Position numbers and translations under genes: made by a program
Shown here: positions 57,435-64,000 of the stretch, in pieces
Layout: each line of letters starts with the position of its first letter
Numbering within the stretch: position 1 is the first letter of the stretch
Assembly (NCBI GenBank): GCA_963730185.1
Contig: CAVSQW010000009.1
Location: 32,001 to 96,000, forward strand
Direction: 5' to 3'
Length of the DNA stretch: 64,000 nucleotides
Source of the DNA: an uncultured Gemmatimonadales bacterium
Lineage (GTDB): Bacteria > Gemmatimonadota > Gemmatimonadetes > Gemmatimonadales > GWC2-71-9
The notes under the pieces: model-generated
The model's database searches: none
What the model was told of the DNA's origin: nothing
Seen by the model: only the letters and a program-made list of their open reading frames with translations

Positions 57435-60224
57435 TTGGCTCATCATGATCCGCCGCAGTTCTTTCTGGTCGACGGGCATGCGCTGATCTATCGCGCGTTC
57501 TTCGCGCTGATCGCCCGGCCGCTGCGCACCTCGCGGGGCGAGAACACCTCCGCGGCGTGGGGGGTGGCAAACTTCCTGATCCGGCTCCGCGAGAAATTCC
57601 ACCCGGACTACCTGGTCTGGGTGCTCGACAAGGGCGATTCCTTCCGAACCGCCACCTATCCTGACTACAAGTCGACCCGCGAAAAGCTCGACGCCGAGTT
57701 GCAGCAGGACTTCGACCTCGCGCTGGAACAGGTCACGGAGTTGCTGGCCGCGTTCCGGGTGCCGATCGTCACTCTGGACGGCTACGAGGCGGACGACGTG
57801 ATCGGAACCCTGGCCACCCGAGAGGCGGCTCAGGGTCTTCAGGTGGTGATCGTGTCGGGCGACAAGGACTTCTACCAGTTGATCGGGCCCCGGGTGGCCC
57901 TGCTCAACCCCGGCCGCGGTGGGCCGGCCGGCGTGGAGGAGCAGTGGGTCGACGAGTCGAACGCCGATGAGCGCCTGGGCGTGCCGCCGGCGCAGGTGAT
58001 CGACTACCTGGCCCTGGTCGGCGACGCCTCCGACAATGTGCCCGGCGTGAAGGGAATCGGCGGGAAGACGGCTTCCAAGCTGTTGGCCGAGTACGGCTCG
58101 CTCGACGAGGTGCTGGCCCAGGCGGCCGACCTCCCCGGCAAGCGGGCGCGGGAGGCACTCTTGGCGGAGCGCGACCGGGCGGTGCTGTCGCGGCAGCTGG
58201 TGACGATCCATCGCGACGTCCCGGTCGAGATCGACCGAGACGCGGCCGTGGTACAGGAGCCTGATCACGCGGCCCTGATCTCGGTGCTGACCCGGCTCGA
58301 GTTCCACTCGCTGGTCGGGCGTCTCGGATTGGAGGCGCCGGTCGGCGACCCCTCGGGAGCGCCTGGCGGCCGCGATCCGGACGGTGGAGACGCTGTCGAG
58401 GTCGTGACGATCGACGATCCGGGTCGGCTGCCTGAGATCGTGGGCCGGCTCCGGGCGGCCGACCTGGTGGCCCTCGACACCCTGGCCAGCTCACGAGAGC
58501 CTCACGACGCCGCCCTCGTCGGCCTCGCGCTCGCGGCGAGCCCGACCGAGGTCTGGTACCTGCCGTTCGGTCATCGGCCGCGGGTGGGTGAGCTGGCGGC
58601 GCCGGCTCCGGTTCGGAACCTGCCCCCACTCGACGACCCGGCGTGCGCGCCCCTGGTGGCGCTGCTCAGCGATCCGGGCGTGCCCAAGGCCGGCCATGAT
58701 CTCAAGTACGACTGGCAGGTGTTCCGCGGAGCGGGGATCGAGCTCGCCGGGGTTCGCTACGATGCCATGCTGGCCAGCTTCGTGCTCGATCCGGGCCGCC
58801 GGTCACACGGCTTGGATATGCTGAGCCTCGACCATCTAGGTCGGCCGCTCCCGCGGTTGCCCGAGCCGGGGCGTGGCAAACCGGCGCTTCCGGCCGCCGA
58901 GGTCGAGGTGCCGCTCGCGGCCCAGGTAACCGGCGGCGAGGCGGCGACCGTACTGGCCTTGGAGGCCTACTTGGCGCCCCGGCTCCGCGATGCCGAGCTG
59001 GTCCCGCTCCTGGCGGAGATCGAGATCCCGCTGATCGAGGTCCTGGTCGACATGGAATGGACCGGGATCGCGATCGACCGAGCGGTCTTCGACCGCCTGG
59101 CCCGCGAGCTGACGAGCGAGCTCTTCCGGCTCGAGGCCGAGATCGCGACCGCCGCCGGCGGATCGATCAATCTCAACAGCCCCAAGCAGCTGGCCGCCGT
59201 GCTGTTCGACAAGCTCCAACTACCGGTGCTGAAGCGGACCAAGACCGGTCCGTCGACCGACGCGGACGTGCTGGAGCAGCTTGCCGCGATGGGGCACGAC
59301 GTTCCTCGGTTGCTGCTCGAGTACCGGGAGCTGATCAAGCTCAAGTCCACCTACGTCGACGTCCTGCCGGGCCGGGTCAATCCGCGGACCGGACGGATTC
59401 ATACCAGTTTCAACCAGACCGGCGCGGCGACTGGGCGGCTCTCCTCCTCCGATCCGAATCTCCAGAACATTCCGGTCCGCTCGCCCCGGGGCGAAGAGAT
59501 CCGACGGGGCTTCGTGCCAAGCGAAGGGTGGAGCTTCGTCGTGGCCGACTACTCGCAGATCGAGCTTCGCCTGCTGGCGCACCTGTCCGGCGATCCCGCC
59601 TTCGTCGAGGCCTTCCGGGCCGGCGGCGACATCCATCGACAGACCGCGGCGATCATCTTCGGGGTGGCGCTGGACGACGTGACGCCGGAAATGCGGGCTC
59701 GGGCCAAGACCATCAACTTCGCCACGATCTACGGCCAGGGCCCCTTCGCCCTGAGTCGCCAGCTCGGCATCACGATCGACGAGGCGAAGACGTTCATCGG
59801 CGAGTACTTCGAGCGCTTCGCCGGGGTCCGGGCCTATCTCGATCGCCAGGTGGAGCTGGCTCGGCGGCAGGGATGGGTCGAGACTCTCTTCAAGCGGCGC
59901 CGCTATATCCCCGAGATCCGGGACAAGAACTTCAACACCCGAGCCTTCGGGGAACGGCTCAGCCAGAACTCCCCGCTCCAGGGCTCGGCGGCCGATCTGA
60001 TCAAGATTGCGATGGTGCGGATCCATCGGGCCTTCCGGACCGAGGGACTGGCGGCCCGGCTGCTGCTGCAGGTGCACGACGAACTGGTCGCCGAAGCGCC
60101 GACGGGCGATGTGGACCGGGTGGTGGCCCTGCTCCGTGAGCACATGGAGGGCGCCGCCACCCTGGACGTCCCCTTGGTGGTCGACCTGGGGGTGGGGCCC
60201 AACTGGCTGGACGCGAAACGCTAG
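57435..60224 (+). CDS. polA: DNA polymerase I
   Basis: LVDGHALIYRAF, YEADDVIG, TATGR-like AATGRLSSSDPNLQNIP, DYSQIELR, KTINFATIYG, LQVHDEL. Confidence 0.98.
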   Translation: MAHHDPPQFFLVDGHALIYRAFFALIARPLRTSRGENTSAAWGVANFLIRLREKFHPDYLVWVLDKGDSFRTATYPDYKSTREKLDAELQQDFDLALEQVTELLAAFRVPIVTLDGYEADDVIGTLATREAAQGLQVVIVSGDKDFYQLIGPRVALLNPGRGGPAGVEEQWVDESNADERLGVPPAQVIDYLALVGDASDNVPGVKGIGGKTASKLLAEYGSLDEVLAQAADLPGKRAREALLAERDRAVLSRQLVTIHRDVPVEIDRDAAVVQEPDHAALISVLTRLEFHSLVGRLGLEAPVGDPSGAPGGRDPDGGDAVEVVTIDDPGRLPEIVGRLRAADLVALDTLASSREPHDAALVGLALAASPTEVWYLPFGHRPRVGELAAPAPVRNLPPLDDPACAPLVALLSDPGVPKAGHDLKYDWQVFRGAGIELAGVRYDAMLASFVLDPGRRSHGLDMLSLDHLGRPLPRLPEPGRGKPALPAAEVEVPLAAQVTGGEAATVLALEAYLAPRLRDAELVPLLAEIEIPLIEVLVDMEWTGIAIDRAVFDRLARELTSELFRLEAEIATAAGGSINLNSPKQLAAVLFDKLQLPVLKRTKTGPSTDADVLEQLAAMGHDVPRLLLEYRELIKLKSTYVDVLPGRVNPRTGRIHTSFNQTGAATGRLSSSDPNLQNIPVRSPRGEEIRRGFVPSEGWSFVVADYSQIELRLLAHLSGDPAFVEAFRAGGDIHRQTAAIIFGVALDDVTPEMRARAKTINFATIYGQGPFALSRQLGITIDEAKTFIGEYFERFAGVRAYLDRQVELARRQGWVETLFKRRRYIPEIRDKNFNTRAFGERLSQNSPLQGSAADLIKIAMVRIHRAFRTEGLAARLLLQVHDELVAEAPTGDVDRVVALLREHMEGAATLDVPLVVDLGVGPNWLDAKR

Positions 60225-60234
60225 CCGGGCTGGC

Positions 60235-62499
60235 TCAAGGCTCCTTGGGGTGGAACCGCCGCCCGCCGGGCCACCAGTTCCAGCGCCCCATCAGCTGCAT
60301 GAAGGCCGGCACCAGCACCATCCGGATCACGGTGGCATCGAGCAGCACGGCGAGCGCCAGACCGAAGCCGAGGAACTGCATCGCCAGGACCCGGGCGAAC
60401 GCAAAGGCCCCGAACACGCTGATCATGATCAGCGCCGCGGAGGTGATGACCGACGCGGTCGCGCTCAGTCCCTCCATCGTCGCTTCGGTGTTCCGTCCGG
60501 TCCGGTCGAAGGCCTCCTTGATCCGACTCAGCAGGAAGACCTCGTAGTCCATGCTCAGCCCGAACACCACGGCGAAGACCAGCACCGGAATCACGACGAA
60601 GATTGCCTCGGTCGCGCCGTCGAGCCCAAAGAGCGTCGCCCCGTAGCCGTGCTGGAAGACCAGCACGATCAGGCCGAAGGTCGCGCTCACCGACAGCGAG
60701 TTCATCAACACCGCCTTGAGCGGCACCAGCACGGACCGGAACGCCACGGCGAGCATCACGGCGGTGGCGGCCAGGACCAGACCGATGAGCAGCGGGAATC
60801 GGTCCAACAAGTCGTCCTGACTGTCGAGGCTGGCGGCCACGTAGCCACCCACCCTGACGCGGGCATCGCGGAGCTGCCGAATCCCGGTGGAATCGGTCAG
60901 CGTCCGGGCTCGGCGCACCACGTCCATCGCGGTCAGGAGCGAGGTGGTGTCCCGAAGGATCACGTCCACCAGGGTGACCCGGTCGTCGCGGCCGAGGTAG
61001 GCGTCGAGAAAGTCGGCGTGCTTGGCCCGGGCGGAATCGAGGTCGGCGTAGAGCAGGGAGTAGGCGAGGATCGACGTATTCGGCTCGAGGTCGACAATGC
61101 TGCGCACGTCCATGACTCGGGGATCGGCCCGCATCGAGTCGGAGAGCGCTCGAAGGCCCCGGAGGGTGAAGGCCTGCGTCGCGGCCCGCCCTTTCGGCAC
61201 CTCCACCACCACCCGGATCGGAGTGATGTAGCCGGCGACCCCCATCTTGGAGAGCGTTTCGAGCCCGGCGCCGGCCTCGGTCCCGGCCGGCCACCAGTTG
61301 CGGGCCGGGAGGCCGATCCGAATCCAGAATACCGGGAGGGTCAACACGGTGACGATGACGCCGCCGAAGACCAGGGCCCGAACCGGATGTCGGGCCAGCG
61401 ACCGGGCCCATTTCTCCCACACCTGCGGCGCGTGATACCAGGTCAGGCGGCGAGCCAGCCAGCGGGGCCGGTCGATCGAGCGGCCGAGCGTCGCCAGGAG
61501 GGCGGGGAGGAGGGTGATCGAGAGCAGCACGGCGACCCCCACCACCACCAGACCACCGAGACCGACGCTCCGGGTCTCCACCAAGGGGGTGAACAGCAGC
61601 GCTCCGAAGCCGACCACGACCGTCAGGCCCGAGTTGAACACCGCGACGCCCGCAGTCATCAGGGTTCGCTCGGCCGCCTCCCGGCGGCGGGCGCCGCGGA
61701 CCAGCTCCTCTCGGAAGCGGGTTACCATCAGCAACGAGTAGTCGATTCCGACGCCCAGCCCGACCATCGTCGTCAGGTTGAGGAGGAAGACTGACATCGG
61801 GGTCGTTCGCGCGATCAGGCCGATGATGGTGAGCGAGACCGCGCCGACCAAGATGCCGATGGTGAGCGGCAGAAGCGCGGCGACCAGGGCGCCGAAGGCG
61901 AGCACCAGAATCACCCCGGTCACGGGCAGGAGCCGGGTCTCAATCCGACGAGCGTCCTCGGTGCTCACGGTCCGAACGTCGAGATCGAGGGGCGAGCGCC
62001 CCGTTACCTCCAGGCGGTACGCCGGACGATTGGGAATCCGGGAGAGCGCGCGACTCAACTCGGCCCGGAACGGCCGGACCAAGCCGCCCGTGCTGTCGCC
62101 GTCCACGCCGAGGGAAACCAGGAAGAACGTGGTCCGCTCGTCGTGGCTCAGGAACAGCGAGTCCTGCTGGGTAAGCCAGGAGACCACCGCTTCGACGTAG
62201 GGAAGCCGTCGGGCGGTGCTCGTGAGCGAGTCGAGCACATCGTGCGCCGCTCCGCTGCGGAACGAAGCGGGGCCTTGAAGGGTGACCGCAAAGTACTCAC
62301 CGAAGGGGCGAGCGAATCGCTCCGAGAGGAGGCGGTCCGCCTCTCGCGCCTCGGTCTCGCGGTCGCTCCCGCCCCGGAGCGCGAGAAGGTCGGGAGTCTG
62401 CGGGGCCCGAATGAATGCCACCGCGCCGATCGCGCCCCAAATGGCGATGACGAGCCAGCGCCAGCGGATCAGTCCCCGGGCCACGGCGCGGAGGATCAC
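60235..62499 (-). CDS. MMPL family transporter
   Basis: GLGVGIDYSLL, GLSMDYEVFLLSRIKE, VITSAALIM, DATVIR, WNWWP. Confidence 0.92.
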   Translation of the reverse strand: MILRAVARGLIRWRWLVIAIWGAIGAVAFIRAPQTPDLLALRGGSDRETEAREADRLLSERFARPFGEYFAVTLQGPASFRSGAAHDVLDSLTSTARRLPYVEAVVSWLTQQDSLFLSHDERTTFFLVSLGVDGDSTGGLVRPFRAELSRALSRIPNRPAYRLEVTGRSPLDLDVRTVSTEDARRIETRLLPVTGVILVLAFGALVAALLPLTIGILVGAVSLTIIGLIARTTPMSVFLLNLTTMVGLGVGIDYSLLMVTRFREELVRGARRREAAERTLMTAGVAVFNSGLTVVVGFGALLFTPLVETRSVGLGGLVVVGVAVLLSITLLPALLATLGRSIDRPRWLARRLTWYHAPQVWEKWARSLARHPVRALVFGGVIVTVLTLPVFWIRIGLPARNWWPAGTEAGAGLETLSKMGVAGYITPIRVVVEVPKGRAATQAFTLRGLRALSDSMRADPRVMDVRSIVDLEPNTSILAYSLLYADLDSARAKHADFLDAYLGRDDRVTLVDVILRDTTSLLTAMDVVRRARTLTDSTGIRQLRDARVRVGGYVAASLDSQDDLLDRFPLLIGLVLAATAVMLAVAFRSVLVPLKAVLMNSLSVSATFGLIVLVFQHGYGATLFGLDGATEAIFVVIPVLVFAVVFGLSMDYEVFLLSRIKEAFDRTGRNTEATMEGLSATASVITSAALIMISVFGAFAFARVLAMQFLGFGLALAVLLDATVIRMVLVPAFMQLMGRWNWWPGGRRFHPKEP

Positions 62500-62645
62500 C
62501 CTAGCTCCATCTCTTGGTCTGGCAACGAGTTCGCATGCAGGGCAGGGGTCGAAACTCGGGCAATGTAGGGGAGCCGGGGAGCGGACGCCAGCGGCATCCG
62601 GAGCGGTGGCGGCGACCGGCGCTCATATTGCAGACGAGGCGAAGA

Positions 62646-63479
62646 ATGGCCAGGACGTTTCTCATCCTCCTTGCGGGGCTGTCGCTCCTCCTGCTGGTGA
62701 GCCGGATGAGCCAGGGCGGGCCGTCGGCCCCGGAGCCGACGGCCGTGGTCGATTCGCCGCACCTGGCCCGGAGCGCGGCCCACCTGGCTCCGCCGCCCGC
62801 CCCGCCCCCGCCCCCCCCTGACGCCGCCACCGAGACCGACGAGAGTCGGACCCCGGTGATCGAGCGGATGGCCCGACTCGAGGCCCGTCGCCGGGTATTC
62901 CGGTTCAGCCGTTACACCTACGTCGACTCGATGCTGACCGGCACCGACTCCCTGATCCGCCGATGGCCCGACCGGCCGGAAGGCGCCCTGCGGGTCTCGG
63001 CCATCCCCTCGCCGGCGCTGGCCGAGTGCGCCGCCCGGTGTCGGCGCGCGCTCACCACGGCGCTCGAACGGTGGCACGGCCTGGGGATCGGCTTGGCGTT
63101 CCAGATGGTCGACGACTCGACCCAGGCCGACATCGCGGTCCATTGGATCGAGAAGTTCGACCTGGACCGGTCCGGTCAGGCGGACGTTCAATGGAGCCAC
63201 GACGGCACGATCCAGTTCGCTCGCGTGACCCTGGCCGTGCAGGCCGTCGACGGCCGGCCGCTCAGCGATCAGGAGCTGGCCATCGTGGCGACCCACGAGA
63301 TCGGTCACGCGCTCGGACTCCCGCACTCCGGTCGCGCTACCGACGTGATGTTCCCGACCGCCCGTCTCGACGGCCTCTCGGATCGGGACCGGGCCACGAT
63401 CACCCTGCTCTATTCGATTCCTCCGGGCTCCCTGCGCGAGGGCGGCGGCGGTGCGTTGCGGGGTGTCGACATCCGATAG
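62646..63479 (+). CDS. Matrixin-family (M10) zinc metalloprotease
   Basis: HEIGHALGLPH plus Met-turn DVMFP; N-terminal signal/TM segment and Pro linker. Confidence 0.88.
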   Translation: MARTFLILLAGLSLLLLVSRMSQGGPSAPEPTAVVDSPHLARSAAHLAPPPAPPPPPPDAATETDESRTPVIERMARLEARRRVFRFSRYTYVDSMLTGTDSLIRRWPDRPEGALRVSAIPSPALAECAARCRRALTTALERWHGLGIGLAFQMVDDSTQADIAVHWIEKFDLDRSGQADVQWSHDGTIQFARVTLAVQAVDGRPLSDQELAIVATHEIGHALGLPHSGRATDVMFPTARLDGLSDRDRATITLLYSIPPGSLREGGGGALRGVDIR

Positions 63480-63519
63480 TACGTTCCCCGAGTCGATTCG
63501 CGCTCTCCCCGAGGTTGCC

Positions 63520-63816
63520 ATGATCACTCCGGATGCCGTTCGCAAGGCTCTTCGCGCCGTCAAAGACCCGGAGCTCGGGCTCAACATCATCGACATCGGA
63601 CTCGTGTACGACGTCGAGATTTCCGACGCCAGCGACGTGCATGTCAAGATGACGCTCACCTCGCCCGGATGTCCCGCCGGCCCCGAAATCCTCGAAGACG
63701 CCCGCCTGGTCGTGGAGCGGATGGAGGGGGTCAACAGTGCCGAAATCGAGTTGGTCTGGGAGCCCTACTGGACCCCCGACCGGATGGACCCCCGGGTCCG
63801 GGCCTTCCTCGGCTGA
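63520..63816 (+). CDS. Metal-sulfur cluster assembly factor (SufT/DUF59)
   Basis: DPELGLNIIDIGLVY, MTLTSPGCP, LVWEPYW. Confidence 0.93.
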   Translation: MITPDAVRKALRAVKDPELGLNIIDIGLVYDVEISDASDVHVKMTLTSPGCPAGPEILEDARLVVERMEGVNSAEIELVWEPYWTPDRMDPRVRAFLG

Positions 63817-63819
63817 TCG

Positions 63820-64000
63820 TCAGGCGGCTCCCGCCAGCGCGCCGAGGAGCCGATCCCCGAAGGCTACCACCTGCCACCGCCGTATCCCCGGGGTCGCCGC
63901 CAAGTCGTCCGGCGAACCGGGCTCGCCGCGGGCGATTGCCTCGAGCGTGGCGTTCGGGCAGAGCAGTCCCGGAGCGAGCGCGTACTCCGTCGCCAAGTCG
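63820..64000 (-). CDS. C-terminal HRDC domain, probably ribonuclease D (partial)
   Basis: Manual translation ...DLATEYALAPGLLCPNATLEAIARGEPGSPDDLAATPGIRRWQVVAFGDRLLGALAGAA*. Confidence 0.65.
   Translation of the reverse strand, partial: DLATEYALAPGLLCPNATLEAIARGEPGSPDDLAATPGIRRWQVVAFGDRLLGALAGAA

Noticed and set aside
62791..62820. Poly-C/CCG tract as a phase-variation switch
   Set aside because: It encodes an in-frame proline linker and the ORF is intact.

Overview
High-GC bacterial chromosome segment. The gene repertoire (GWxTD lipoprotein, duplicated MacB/FtsX permeases, Hanks-type kinases with TPR tails) suggests Gemmatimonadota; this is an inference. The first ~25 kb is accessory-type: ABC permeases, a TolC-MFP-RND efflux operon, hydrolases, TetR, tRNA-Phe and a ClC transporter. 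The rest is housekeeping: upp, holA, mutS, a cystathionine beta-synthase-like gene, ddl, the mnmE-yidC-yidD-rnpA-rpmH / dnaA-dnaN origin region, mtgA, rnpB, pyrE and polA. Three things stand out. (1) The replication-origin unit is tandemly duplicated: dnaA, dnaN1, a decayed copy of the dnaA 3' end, an oriC-like spacer, then dnaN2. The dnaN1 copy has a remodelled partner-binding-pocket segment (PPLEVLDKLL instead of PPYEQVIP). (2) An ArsC/Spx-family gene that the ORF track truncates has an in-frame TGA at the redox position (U-x-x-C), followed by an fdhF-like SECIS hairpin, so it is a probable selenoprotein. (3) DnaA carries a clamp-binding-like motif (QIDFF). At least four genes, including essential holA, have single-base frameshifts at short G/C runs, most likely sequencing or assembly errors. 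I saw no CRISPR array, integrase, transposase or phage genes.
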